NCBI GenBank assembly: GCA_965248575.1
Contig: CBDFJQ010000002.1
Span: forward strand, 3,744,001 to 3,808,000
Direction: 5' to 3'
DNA: 64,000 bases
DNA from: Planctomycetota bacterium
GTDB taxonomy: Bacteria; Planctomycetota; B15-G4
Shown: piece after piece, positions 11,653-21,178 of the stretch
Layout of the letters: each line of letters opens with the position of its first letter
Position numbering within the stretch: position 1 is the stretch's first letter
Notes under the pieces: generated by a model
Told to the model about the DNA's origin: nothing
Seen by the model: the letters and a program-made list of their open reading frames with translations, nothing else
The model's database searches: none
Position numbers and translations under genes: made by a program

Positions 11653-12177
11653 ATGCGTCTTGCTTACGCGGCACTCTTGGCCAGTCTCCTGCTCTTGCAG
11701 GGTTGTTTCATCTTTCCAGGCAACAGGCATGGGCACGACTGTCTGTCCCATCCGGAGCCGCCGTTCATCCTTCCCGAAGGTGGCCCCCCAGGTCCGGCGC
11801 TGGTGTTTGGGACCGCGGACTTCGATGACAACGGTGCCGTCCTGATCAAGCTGCAGGTGGAGGACCTCTCAGTCTACGCGGGCGATGAGGCCGAGATCAC
11901 CGCTTGGGGCGGCAATGGAGAGGCCCCTGCGACGGCATCGGATGTCCCTCCGCCCGGAGGAAAGAAGATCTACGACTCCGGGGACGATGTGCACCTCCGC
12001 CACTGGACGACGCACATCGACCGTAACTACGACGAGGAGATCGGGAAGTACTGGGTCTTCGTGCGCGTCGACCACAACGTGGGTGGAGGCAACCGGGAGG
12101 TGAGGTTCCTGTGGTGGCGGTGGATCGCGGGCAGCTCGAACGAGCTCGATACGCCGCACGACTTCCACCAGTACTAG
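11653..12177 (+). CDS. Hypothetical lipoprotein
   Basis: MRLAYAALLASLLLLQG/C lipobox; AGGAG RBS; coding-like codon usage. Confidence 0.7.
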   Translation: MRLAYAALLASLLLLQGCFIFPGNRHGHDCLSHPEPPFILPEGGPPGPALVFGTADFDDNGAVLIKLQVEDLSVYAGDEAEITAWGGNGEAPATASDVPPPGGKKIYDSGDDVHLRHWTTHIDRNYDEEIGKYWVFVRVDHNVGGGNREVRFLWWRWIAGSSNELDTPHDFHQY

Positions 12178-12187
12178 ACGCGCGTGC

Positions 12188-15100
12188 TCAGCGTGCGCTG
12201 GTTCCGGTAAGGACTCCAGTCAGCAGGAACGGCGCCCAGTAGTGTGGGTGTCCCAAGTTGCCATCTTGGGAGTTGGTCAAGGACTTGCCACGCGAACGCC
12301 GGCCTGAACGCAGCGCGCGCTTGGCGCGGCGCAGCGCGCTCTCGGGGGCGTCGCCCTCTCCAACGTACGCGCTGGCGAAGGCCTCCATGAGGTCACGGGC
12401 TTGTTCGTCCTGCACCACCCAAAGTGTGGCGATGACGCTGCGAGCTCCCGCTGCAAGGAAGGCGCTGGCGATGGACTGAACACCCTCTCCATTGAGCAGG
12501 CGCCCGTCTGCGGTCTGGCATGCGGAGAGCAAGACGAGCTCAGCGTTGAGCTGCAGTTCGGCAATGTCCGCCAGGTTGAACAGCCCTTGGTCGGTGGGGT
12601 CCCAAGCCAGCACGAGGCCTGAGCGGCGCGCGTCCCAGCGATCGATGTGTGCGTGGGATGCGATGTGAATCAGGCTCGCGAGAGGGGCCAGCTCGCGCAG
12701 GGCGGCAGCGGAGGCCTGGTTCCCCAGCCGCAAGTCGAAGCTCTCGCTGTGCAGGGAGACGTTCCGAGACTCTTCCAGCAGGGCGAGTTGGTACAGATCG
12801 TCGCGCACGGAGTCTCCAGCGGATGTGGTCAGCAACAAGCGGGCCATGCGCGACAGCTCGGATCGCGTTTGAGGCAGGCGATCCCAGCGATGTGGCGACT
12901 CGCCTCGGGTCGCGAGCAGGGCTGCGGGCGCCTCACTCGAATAGGTGGGGTCACCCAGGAGCAGCGCGTGACGACGGTCCGTAGCAGGTGAAAGCGCCCC
13001 GCGAGCAAGGCTTGCATGCGATGACGGCGCATAGCTGACATCCATGCTGTCGATGACAAACTGGATGTCCGCAAAATTCTTGGGCTTCGCCGGAGCAGAG
13101 GTCACGAGGGCTTCGAACGGCAGGCGCGAGAGCTCGCCGCTCGGGACGATCACGACGCTGTTGCCGGTCAGCTCCAGCGGTGCCAGCAACCGTTCATGCA
13201 AGGCTCCTCCGAGGCGCGCCACATCGGTGGGTTTGGCCAGCTGATGCGGGTCGCTGATGCCGTCAAGGAACTCCTGCACCAGTTGCTCGATGGGCTCCTT
13301 CGGCCCGAGTGCAACGAAGCGAACATCGTCGCCTTCTTGAACGAAGGCGTGGAGTTGTTCACGGCCGAAGGCGTATTCGACCAGGGTCGTTCCATTCAGT
13401 TGGAGCGGCAAGGTGTCGGCGCTCTGCTGTCCGTCCCTCAGCCCCGCGTGCAGCGAGCGGGACTTCCAGCGAGAGACGTGAGGGAGTTCCGTGGCTGCGG
13501 CTTGCGGTTGACGCGCGATCTCTCGAGCGGAGAGATCGACAGCCAGGCAACTCCAGTCGGACAGCTCAGCCAGGCGCGAACGAACTTGCGCAGCTTCCAT
13601 CGTGGGCAGGCTGGTGATTTCTCGGCGCGCCGAATCGTCCCATGCTTGTGCGAGCAACTCGCGCACGGTGTCGTCATCACCTTGCGCTAGCGCCGCGGCA
13701 GCAACGCTGAAGAGCCCAGACATGAGGTAGTCGTTGGCGTCATGTTCCTTCACACGGGCGACGGATTCCTCTGCGGCCGTTCGTGCCTTGGCCCACTCTC
13801 CCAAGCGTAGATGGGATTCGCTCACAACCATCAAGCTGAGCGCGCTCAGGTGGGGGTCGTCCATGCGTTCCGCATGAGCGAGCGCTTCGAAGGCTAGCGC
13901 TGAGCCGGCCTGCAATGAGTCGCGCGTCACCAGCAAGGCTGCCTTCCCGTTGAGCGCCAGCCATCGGGCTCGACCGTCGGCGGGTGCAATCTCAAGGACC
14001 TCGTCGTAGAGCCGCTCGCAGTTTGCATCATCGTCCCTGACCAGCGCCAAGAGCGCCTGGTTGGCCAGGATCACTGCGCGAGCTTCTGGCTCTGACGTGA
14101 GCATCAGCAGCTCATCAAGGGCGTCCGAGGCTGCGCCGAACTCACCCAGCGCGTAGGCAAGGGCCGCACGATTCTGCAGCAGTCGTGCATCGTGGGGCGA
14201 GGGCGCATGAGGAGCTGCCAGGGCTTGCGCCTCGTCCATCAGGCTCAAGGCGACGCCGTAGCGGCCACGTACCAGTTCGACGAGGGCCAGTTGTCCAAGG
14301 GCGCTGACCTTCCGAAACCAGTCAGGCGCCTTCTCGGCGGCGACGGCCAGAAGCTCTGCGGCGCGCGCGAAGTTGGCACGGGATTCATACCAGTGCCCCG
14401 CTTGGAAATGGACGGAGTAGATCGCCAGGGACGTGATGCTTGCGCTGACCTGCGCATCCGTGACCTGGACCAGGCCGAGGGCGGCCTCGTGCATCGTGCC
14501 CGCAAGCTCGTGTTCGTTGCGACCGGCCGCGGCCATGGCCAGTCCGCTGGAGGCCATGGCCAGCAAGTTGGCGTCCGTGCTTGTCGAGCGCACCTCTTCG
14601 TAGTGAGACGTTGCATCGTTCCACGCGCCAATGTCCAACGCGATGTGTCCCAGGCTGTTGTCTGCCAAGGCAAGGATGTCGACACCGAAGGCTTTGCCGG
14701 CTTCTCGCCCCGACATCAGCAGCTCCCGGGCCTGGTCGAGGTGGACTCCCTGCCGCTGCAAGACCACGCCCAACAAGAGTCGGGCGAGGCCGTGGTGCCT
14801 CGCCGGAGCAGGCACCGCCCGGCAACCCAGGAGGGCCGTCTGCGCCAGGGAGAGCTGGCCGGTGTTCAGCGCGCTGATGGCACCGTTCAGGAAATCGCTG
14901 GGCGTCACCCGTGAAACGTTTCCAGCAAGAGCCGTCAGATCTCCCGGCCCGTTCGGCAGTTCGATGAGGTGCAGCCCCGGCTCCAAGTCGGCCACGATCC
15001 ACCCCTGCGCACTCTGCTCGTCGCCCAGGGCCAAGGCTCCGTTCGAGCGCCCGAGCGTGTAGGTGCCCGCCGTCTCGATCTTCAGCTGAGCACGTTCGAT

Positions 15101-15196
15101 CTGTTCGAGGCGCTGGCCCGGAAGTAGCTGGGGATCGCCTACGAAAGACCCTGCCAGAAGGATCAGTGCATGGAAGGAGAGGAAGTGGCGAACCAT
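12188..15196 (-). CDS. TPR-repeat + CHAT (caspase-like) domain protease
   Basis: Ala/Leu-rich TPR helices, then IVPSGELSRLPFEAL, HIASHA (catalytic His), VLLSACQT (catalytic Cys), ATLWVVQD and HPHYWAPF. Start uncertain (15196 or 15322). Confidence 0.9.
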   Translation of the reverse strand: MVRHFLSFHALILLAGSFVGDPQLLPGQRLEQIERAQLKIETAGTYTLGRSNGALALGDEQSAQGWIVADLEPGLHLIELPNGPGDLTALAGNVSRVTPSDFLNGAISALNTGQLSLAQTALLGCRAVPAPARHHGLARLLLGVVLQRQGVHLDQARELLMSGREAGKAFGVDILALADNSLGHIALDIGAWNDATSHYEEVRSTSTDANLLAMASSGLAMAAAGRNEHELAGTMHEAALGLVQVTDAQVSASITSLAIYSVHFQAGHWYESRANFARAAELLAVAAEKAPDWFRKVSALGQLALVELVRGRYGVALSLMDEAQALAAPHAPSPHDARLLQNRAALAYALGEFGAASDALDELLMLTSEPEARAVILANQALLALVRDDDANCERLYDEVLEIAPADGRARWLALNGKAALLVTRDSLQAGSALAFEALAHAERMDDPHLSALSLMVVSESHLRLGEWAKARTAAEESVARVKEHDANDYLMSGLFSVAAAALAQGDDDTVRELLAQAWDDSARREITSLPTMEAAQVRSRLAELSDWSCLAVDLSAREIARQPQAAATELPHVSRWKSRSLHAGLRDGQQSADTLPLQLNGTTLVEYAFGREQLHAFVQEGDDVRFVALGPKEPIEQLVQEFLDGISDPHQLAKPTDVARLGGALHERLLAPLELTGNSVVIVPSGELSRLPFEALVTSAPAKPKNFADIQFVIDSMDVSYAPSSHASLARGALSPATDRRHALLLGDPTYSSEAPAALLATRGESPHRWDRLPQTRSELSRMARLLLTTSAGDSVRDDLYQLALLEESRNVSLHSESFDLRLGNQASAAALRELAPLASLIHIASHAHIDRWDARRSGLVLAWDPTDQGLFNLADIAELQLNAELVLLSACQTADGRLLNGEGVQSIASAFLAAGARSVIATLWVVQDEQARDLMEAFASAYVGEGDAPESALRRAKRALRSGRRSRGKSLTNSQDGNLGHPHYWAPFLLTGVLTGTSAR

Positions 15197-15320
15197 CGAC
15201 AGGCCCTCGGCGAAGGGCGAGTGTACACCCTGTTCTTCAAGGGGCAGGAGGGCTGTAAATCGAAGCCGTTGAACGGTTTGGATCGGTGTGTGAGGGCCGT
15301 GCCGTGTCCGCTTTGAGCGC

Positions 15321-16259
15321 ATGTTTGAGCGTTCGATTGGCGCTGGGCGACGGTGCCGAGTTCGACCGGATGCGTCGGATCAGATGCAGGTGTGTGCTTT
15401 CACGGAGGACGATTCGAGCGCTTCCCATGGCTCCGGGAAATCGGGCGCAGAACGGGCATTCCAGCGAACTGCCGGGTTTACGACACAGTTCAACACCCGT
15501 AATCTGGCGCAAGTCTTCTGCGGGGGCTCGGGTGGGCCCAATGGGCGCGCGAAGACTCCTCGCGGGGGTTGTCGGTTGTCGTCGGAAGCGCTACCCGAAC
15601 GTCTGAAACGCAAGCTCGGGCCCGAGCTGCTTCAGGGTCCGGAGCCGTTTGACACCGCCAATCCGTTCCACGTTGACCGTGTGTGCCAGGAGCTGCTTCA
15701 GAGAGCAGTTGTCGGCGGCGACTCGGAGTCACTGGTTTTGTTGGTGGACCTGACGCAGCCCCACCTCGTGCGAGGTGTCGAGGCGGTGGCGCAGGACATC
15801 GGCCTGGGCATGCCGCCGGACGACCTGATCGTGGCGCTCTTTTCGACGCTCTACGTCGAGACAGCTCCGCGCTTGCCGTCGACGCAGCACTTCCTGGCAT
15901 GGGCCACGGATTGGATGCGCGAGCATGCCGAAGCGTGGGTCCGCGATCTCGCGATGTTGGACACACCCAAGGTAGGGGCGCGAATCCTGCCGCCTGAGCC
16001 ATGCCCGGACGGATCCACCGTGGCGACCCCGAATGGATCGGAAGACGATTTCTACGCCCACGCGTTGAAGGTGTGCTTCCACAGACTCGATGTAGACTCT
16101 CGTAGGGTTCTGCGCGTTTTTGACGTGCAGGGCCTCCCCCTCGCCGAAGCAGCCAAGCAGCTCGAACTCGAGCCCGAGGTCGTGGAAGCTCGCCTCCGGG
16201 AGGCGCGCCGTCGCCTGGCCGAAGGCATTGCCAACATCATGCTAGGACCAGACGAATGA
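15321..16259 (+). CDS. Divergent sigma-70/ECF-type RNA polymerase sigma factor
   Basis: Sigma2-like region (PDDLIVALF...FLAWATDW) and sigma4 HTH (CFHRLDVDSRRVLRVFDVQGLPLAEAAKQLELEPEVVEARLREARRRL). The true start may lie downstream. Confidence 0.72.
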   Translation: MFERSIGAGRRCRVRPDASDQMQVCAFTEDDSSASHGSGKSGAERAFQRTAGFTTQFNTRNLAQVFCGGSGGPNGRAKTPRGGCRLSSEALPERLKRKLGPELLQGPEPFDTANPFHVDRVCQELLQRAVVGGDSESLVLLVDLTQPHLVRGVEAVAQDIGLGMPPDDLIVALFSTLYVETAPRLPSTQHFLAWATDWMREHAEAWVRDLAMLDTPKVGARILPPEPCPDGSTVATPNGSEDDFYAHALKVCFHRLDVDSRRVLRVFDVQGLPLAEAAKQLELEPEVVEARLREARRRLAEGIANIMLGPDE

Positions 16260-17218
16260 CTTCCCCCGAACCAAGCGCGAAGCCGAACGACGCGCGCGGG
16301 TCTGCCCCCCGCCTCGCACGCCACCTCGCCCGGTGCGCACCCTGCCGCGATGGTCTCGATGCCATGTCTGCACAAAGTCACGTGCTGGGCCGGCTCGGCC
16401 GCGGAAAGTCTACGGCGGCGGGTGAGGGTGAAGCTGGTGCAGACGGCGAGCACCACCTGGTGGCGGAGGTTCTGGAAGCGTGCGCAGAGGACGGGCGCGA
16501 GAAGGTCGCGGATCTGCTTTATGAGATGGCGTGCGCTTGCCGCAGCCTGATTCCGGAGGACCTCAAGCCCGGTGAAGTGACCAAGAGCCCGGACTGGGTC
16601 GAGAAGTTGCCCGTGGACGTTCTTGGAGCGACGGCAACCCAAATGTGCGGTCGAGTTCCGAATGAGGGGATTGCCTCCGAGGAGATCCCGGCGTCGATCC
16701 CGAACCCAACGAACGCGGCTTCGGCTGCACGGAGCTGCCTTGCTCTCCTGGAACAGATCGAAGGGTCGACAGGGAGGCGCCGGGTTCTTGAGGCGGGAAT
16801 CCTCCAAAGTGAAGAGCGGTTTCTTGAGGTCATCGATGCCCTTGAGCCGATGCTCATGGAGTCACTGCCAGAATGGTTGTGGCTTGGTGTGCGTTGGCAT
16901 TTGACTGCAGCTCTCCTACGGACGAGGCAGTTCGAAAAGGCGGCCGGAGTTGGTGAAGCCGCTTTGAGCGCACGCCCCAATGACAGGTCCTTGATCTTCA
17001 ACACTGCCTCGGCATACGCGTTCTTGGGAGATGGAAACTCATTCGATCGAACGTGTGCTGAGTTCTCTTCGTGCGAAGCGGGGATGGAGGACCTCGATTG
17101 GTGGCGCGCGCTGATTGCAGATGAAGCGCAGGAGCTAGCTGCGGAGCTCGGTAGAACTCGCCAGGAAATCCTCGAGTCTTTTCCGCTGCCCACTATCGCT
17201 GGAGGGACTGACTCATGA
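16256..17218 (+). CDS. Zn-binding anti-sigma-like (HxxxCxxC) protein with C-terminal TPR-like helices
   Basis: RHLARCAPCR ZAS motif near the N-terminus; ATGA overlap with the sigma gene; TPR-like segment QFEKAAGVGEAALSARPND...FNTASAY. Confidence 0.68.
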   Translation: MTSPEPSAKPNDARGSAPRLARHLARCAPCRDGLDAMSAQSHVLGRLGRGKSTAAGEGEAGADGEHHLVAEVLEACAEDGREKVADLLYEMACACRSLIPEDLKPGEVTKSPDWVEKLPVDVLGATATQMCGRVPNEGIASEEIPASIPNPTNAASAARSCLALLEQIEGSTGRRRVLEAGILQSEERFLEVIDALEPMLMESLPEWLWLGVRWHLTAALLRTRQFEKAAGVGEAALSARPNDRSLIFNTASAYAFLGDGNSFDRTCAEFSSCEAGMEDLDWWRALIADEAQELAAELGRTRQEILESFPLPTIAGGTDS

Positions 17219-17628
17219 GCCTCCGTTGGCGCATGTTGGAATCTGCCCCGCTGGCTGTTCTCTTGCTCACGCTGGGGCTTGCTACTACTGGAGCCTCCGG
17301 CGGCGTTCGGGTGGGGGGAGCATCGGGCACGCAGTTCTTTAGCGGGGTTTCCCCAAATCCGAACCCACCGCTAGGCAGCTCAGCAGTTCTTGGTGTCCTT
17401 CGTGTGCCAACTTTCGTCACTGTGACAGCTGGCTCTTCGACTGGACCGTGGGTTGTTCAGGTTCGAAATGCAGTCGGTGTGCTTGTTTCTGTCGGTCTCA
17501 CTGATCGCGTTGGGTCGGTGATCGTCGACATTCCAGTGCTACCAGGCAACCGCCTCGATGTGATCGGGACCGACGCCATCGACATCCCCGTCAAGGCTGG
17601 CAAAGACCTGGAAGTCTGGCTGCCGTAG
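17215..17628 (+). CDS. Small secreted beta-rich hypothetical protein
   Basis: Hydrophobic N-terminal signal; ATGA overlap with the upstream gene. Confidence 0.6.
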   Translation: MSLRWRMLESAPLAVLLLTLGLATTGASGGVRVGGASGTQFFSGVSPNPNPPLGSSAVLGVLRVPTFVTVTAGSSTGPWVVQVRNAVGVLVSVGLTDRVGSVIVDIPVLPGNRLDVIGTDAIDIPVKAGKDLEVWLP

Positions 17629-17664
17629 GGTAAGCGTCACGGCCCAATGCAGTCCTTCCCCCGC

Positions 17665-18186
17665 CTACAACACCCCGTCCAAAGCCTCGAACACCGCATC
17701 CGCACCGCCGAATGCGCTGCTCATGTCCGAGGTCCACGCGATGTTGCCGTCGCGGTCGAGGATGATCTGCGTCAGCACGGACTTCACGCCGAAGGCCTCG
17801 GTGGCGCTGTCGTCGGCGAAGGCCCAGGTGTAGTCCAGGCCTGAAGACGCGATCCAGTCCTTGCCGGCTTGCGGCGGCTCGAAGGCGTTGATGGCGAGGA
17901 TCTCGACACCCTTCTCGCGGTACTCGTCTTCGCGGTCGCTCATGTCACGCATGAGCTCGATGCAGCCGCTTCAGGTGGAACCCCAGAAGTCGAGCAGCAC
18001 GACCTTGCCCTGCAGACTGGCGACGGGGAGTGGGCTGCCGTCGAGGGCCGTGAAGGACACTGCGGGTGCGGGCGTGCCGACGCTGATGTCGGGGGAGAGC
18101 TGGCTCCCCTTGTAGAGGATGCTGGCGCTCGCGGCGAGAGCGAGCGTCGCGACAACGGCTAGGGCGATCTTGGCGGGTTTCTTCAT
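17665..18186 (-). CDS. TlpA/peroxiredoxin-like thioredoxin-fold selenoprotein (UxxC)
   Basis: Track ORFs 17971..18201 and 17665..17952 are in one frame: ...GKVVLLDFWGST-TGA-SGCIELMRDM...GVEILAIN...FGVKSVLTQIILDRDG. The TGA (17973-17971) aligns with the first Cys of TlpA DFWAxWCxxC. Confidence 0.82.
17931..17970 (-). promoter_or_regulatory. Bacterial SECIS-like hairpin
   Basis: mRNA after the UGA reads AGCGGCUGCAUCGA-GCUCAUG-CGUGA-CAUGAGC-GACCGC: a perfect 7-bp stem starting 15 nt after the UGA, a loop containing GU, and a possible lower GCGG/CCGC stem. Confidence 0.65.
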
Positions 18187-18633
18187 GGGAATGTTGTACA
18201 CCGAGCGGGGATGGAGAGGCCTTTGAGCAGCAAGCTGGGCAGCAGGGGCATCTCATCGAAGACGACGACTCGCTCGCTTCGGACCACGGGGCCGGGAAGC
18301 TCCATGGGCACGAACTGCTGGGCGCTGGCGCTGGGCAGGGCGGCGGTGAGTCGGCGGAGGGTGGCGGTCACAATGTGCTTTCGGGGTGAGATCTGCGCGG
18401 GTGTTGGGCCCCGAGGGGGTGGGAAGTATTGGGCAAGTTCCGGAAGCTGACGAGTGCTCTGGCTTCGGCCCCTGGCGTGTTCGCGGATGCCCCGGTAGCT
18501 TGATGGCCTGGAATCACCAGTCGTGCGTCCCGATTCCTGACTTCTCGTGGCTCCAGTTGGTTGCGTCCCGTGGCGGGCTGGAAGCGTTCATCAAGCACTT
18601 GGTCATCAGACATCCTGGGGGGGTCTGGAGCTC

Positions 18634-20406
18634 ATGGCGGATTCGAATCATCCGGTGCCCGATGCCGATTCTGGTGGGGGCAAGAAGAGTGCCAAGTCGC
18701 GGGCCGCTCTAGAGTTTGCCCGGGGTATCCGTGCGCGGCTCCAGGCCCTCGGTCGGACCGAACAGGATTTCAAGCGCACCTTCGGCAAGAGCGCGAGAGA
18801 TTGGTTGAACGCGCTACGGTTGCCGCGCAGCCAGGAGACTTACGGGCAGATCGCCGACGACCTGCAGTGTGAGGTGGGCGAGCTGTTCTTGAGCGAGAAG
18901 GGTGAGGCCGCCCCGAACCCGCCGCCGAACCCGCTGCGGTTCACCATGAGCAACGTGGAGCTCATGCACAACCTTCCCCCACTCAAGGAGCAGGACGACA
19001 TCGTCGTGTTGGCGGACCGTCTGCTCATCCAATCCCCGTCCAGCAAATTGCCCGTCAACATCAAGGTTCTCCTGCACGCCGTCCAGGCACGGGTCACCTT
19101 CCTGGTGCCGAAGGAGGACTTCTTCAAACGTGGGAAGAGCGGCTGGGTCCCGGACGACATCCTGCTCAGCGCACGGAAGCATCTCGACCCCGCGGCAGCC
19201 AGCCGCCTGCGTGTCTTCGCCGTGGACACGAGCCTGATGCGCGTGGGGCGTGTGTCCGGCATGGTCGCCTTCGTCTTCGAGCGGAGCAGTCGCCAGAACG
19301 GACCGAAAGTTGTCTTCGAGGAGGTGCGCGCCACCGCGCCGTATCAGACCCACACTGACAACCGCTGGCTGAAGATCCAGAACGCCGAGGCCAAGGCCCT
19401 CTGGGAAGATGTGCGGCTCGGGGTGATCCCCGTGGAGAACCCGAGTTGGACCAAGGCGGGGCACCCAGGAACGGTGCGCAACACCGGCCAGAAGCAGTTC
19501 GAGCCCCAGCGCTACGAGCTGCTGCGCGAACTCAGCACCTTTCCCTACGCGACGAGCCAGAAGTTGGTGAAGCGGCTGCGCAAGTTCGTCCAGGCCGACG
19601 GCAAGCGACCGCTCGAGGTGGTGGAGATCGGCCCCGGCTCCATGAAGACCAGTGACCAGCTCCTGCTCGGTGCGTTCCGCGAGAGCGGCGCCCGGGAGTT
19701 CTGCGTGCTCGGCCTTGAGCCCTCATGGACCTACGACGAGCCCACGAAGGAGATGAACCGGCACAAGGCCGCCTACCTCGACACGACCTTCGAGGATTGG
19801 AAACCCCGCCGGCTGTACGACCTGGCGGTCAGCTTGCACTCCTGGTACCACATCGATGTCGAGTGCTTGGCCAAGCTGGTAGCGGTCCTGCGCCCGGGCG
19901 GCCAGGCCGTCCTCGTACTGGGCGCCTTCAAAGGCAACGTCATCTGCCAGATGGCGCGGGCAGTGGATCTCTGGGTTGGCAAGGAGACATCCATGCAGGG
20001 CGGCAACCCTTCGTCCAGCGCCAACCCTTTCCGCACCCATGCGGAGGAGGTGGAGTCCTGGCTCACCAGCAAGGGTCTCCTCGATGGGGACCCGCTCGAG
20101 GTCAACACCGAGTTGGACGTCACGGGTTGGGCTGGGAGCCGGGACGATCCTTTCCCCAAGGGGACGAAAGGGCGCCAGATCCTGGACTACTTCCTTGGCA
20201 AGAAGGCGACGAGGTTCGAGGCCTGGGCGAACACAGGTGAGGCGAAGAAGCTCTGGGCGGCACTCAGCGGCAGGACGAAGGCGGTACAGATTCAGAAGGC
20301 GTTCGTGATCCGCCGCCCGGCATCCGGAGAAGACGCGCTCTTCCGGCGATCCAGGCCGGTCGTACGCAATGCTGGTCCAGAAGCCGAAGGTGGTGCCCAG
20401 GGGTAA
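18634..20406 (+). CDS. XRE-type HTH + unknown middle domain + class I SAM-dependent methyltransferase fusion
   Basis: N-terminal FARGIRARLQALGRTEQDF...WLNALRLP...QIADDLQCEVGELF (HTH_XRE-like); C-terminal VVEIGPGS, LGLEPS, TFEDW and YDLAVSLHSWYH...LRPGG. GGAG RBS. Confidence 0.72.
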   Translation: MADSNHPVPDADSGGGKKSAKSRAALEFARGIRARLQALGRTEQDFKRTFGKSARDWLNALRLPRSQETYGQIADDLQCEVGELFLSEKGEAAPNPPPNPLRFTMSNVELMHNLPPLKEQDDIVVLADRLLIQSPSSKLPVNIKVLLHAVQARVTFLVPKEDFFKRGKSGWVPDDILLSARKHLDPAAASRLRVFAVDTSLMRVGRVSGMVAFVFERSSRQNGPKVVFEEVRATAPYQTHTDNRWLKIQNAEAKALWEDVRLGVIPVENPSWTKAGHPGTVRNTGQKQFEPQRYELLRELSTFPYATSQKLVKRLRKFVQADGKRPLEVVEIGPGSMKTSDQLLLGAFRESGAREFCVLGLEPSWTYDEPTKEMNRHKAAYLDTTFEDWKPRRLYDLAVSLHSWYHIDVECLAKLVAVLRPGGQAVLVLGAFKGNVICQMARAVDLWVGKETSMQGGNPSSSANPFRTHAEEVESWLTSKGLLDGDPLEVNTELDVTGWAGSRDDPFPKGTKGRQILDYFLGKKATRFEAWANTGEAKKLWAALSGRTKAVQIQKAFVIRRPASGEDALFRRSRPVVRNAGPEAEGGAQG

Positions 20407-20539
20407 TGGGCCTCCTCCAGAGGGCTGTCGCTCGATAGCCCACGCGAGTGCCGAAACATGGCCGCTCGTGGGCTTCCCGGCGCTGCGGGTTCCTCGTCGG
20501 TTTCCATTTGCCGCCGACCGGTGGCAGGTCCTCGGTGCC

Positions 20540-21178
20540 TCAATGGTTCGCCGGATCGGCGACCTTGAATGCGTCGACCAGGGCGGCCAGCGCTTCTCCG
20601 CCCCGTCCCGAACGCTCAAGGCCCTTCTTCTGATAGTGAAGGATGCAGCCAGCGCGGCTGAGAGCCAGATAGGGCAGGTCGGCTTCGGCCTGGGACAGGG
20701 GCACCTCGGTCTCACAGGCCTTGAGGCCCGAGAAGGCGGCGGTGTAGTCCCAGCAGTCAGGTGTCGCCCAACGCCAGCCCCGAGGCTCGGCGTGCATCTG
20801 CGGATCGATGACGTCCTTCAGGAGGTTCATCAAGCCGTCGTCGGCGCTCAGCAGCGCCTTCTTGATGCGTGCGTCCAAGAGGGCCGCCATGAGGCGGATG
20901 ACCTCCCGTTGCATGAGCAGGATCAGGCGGTGAGGGGCCAAGTGCCCCAAGCCAGCCTTCTCCATCCGGCGCCGTGCCGACGGGAAGGCCTTTGCGAACG
21001 CACGATCCCGTGTGGGAGGTGGGAGCCTGTACTTCTTCACGGTCTCGAGACAGCGAGCCTCGAGCAGCCGCAGCAGCTCTCCTTGGATAGGTGGATGACT
21101 CAACTCGAGGTCCAGGCCCCGAAGGTGATCGCCCGGCGTGCCCGCGCCGAACTCAGGTTCTTCCGTGCAGTGTTCCAT
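20540..21178 (-). CDS. Hypothetical helical protein
   Basis: ORF of about 212 aa with natural-looking composition and no recognised motif. Confidence 0.5.
   Translation of the reverse strand: MEHCTEEPEFGAGTPGDHLRGLDLELSHPPIQGELLRLLEARCLETVKKYRLPPPTRDRAFAKAFPSARRRMEKAGLGHLAPHRLILLMQREVIRLMAALLDARIKKALLSADDGLMNLLKDVIDPQMHAEPRGWRWATPDCWDYTAAFSGLKACETEVPLSQAEADLPYLALSRAGCILHYQKKGLERSGRGGEALAALVDAFKVADPANH

Noticed and set aside
17971..17973. TGA as genome-wide Trp/Gly recoding or as a simple nonsense mutation
   Set aside because: Many genes here end in TGA. The codon aligns with the catalytic Cys and is followed by a SECIS-like hairpin, so Sec is the better explanation.
18183..18450. P-loop-like GPRGGGK (+) and Walker-B-like VVVFDE (-)
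   Set aside because: They are on opposite strands in short ORFs and do not form a coherent ATPase; probably chance or an unrecognisable relic.
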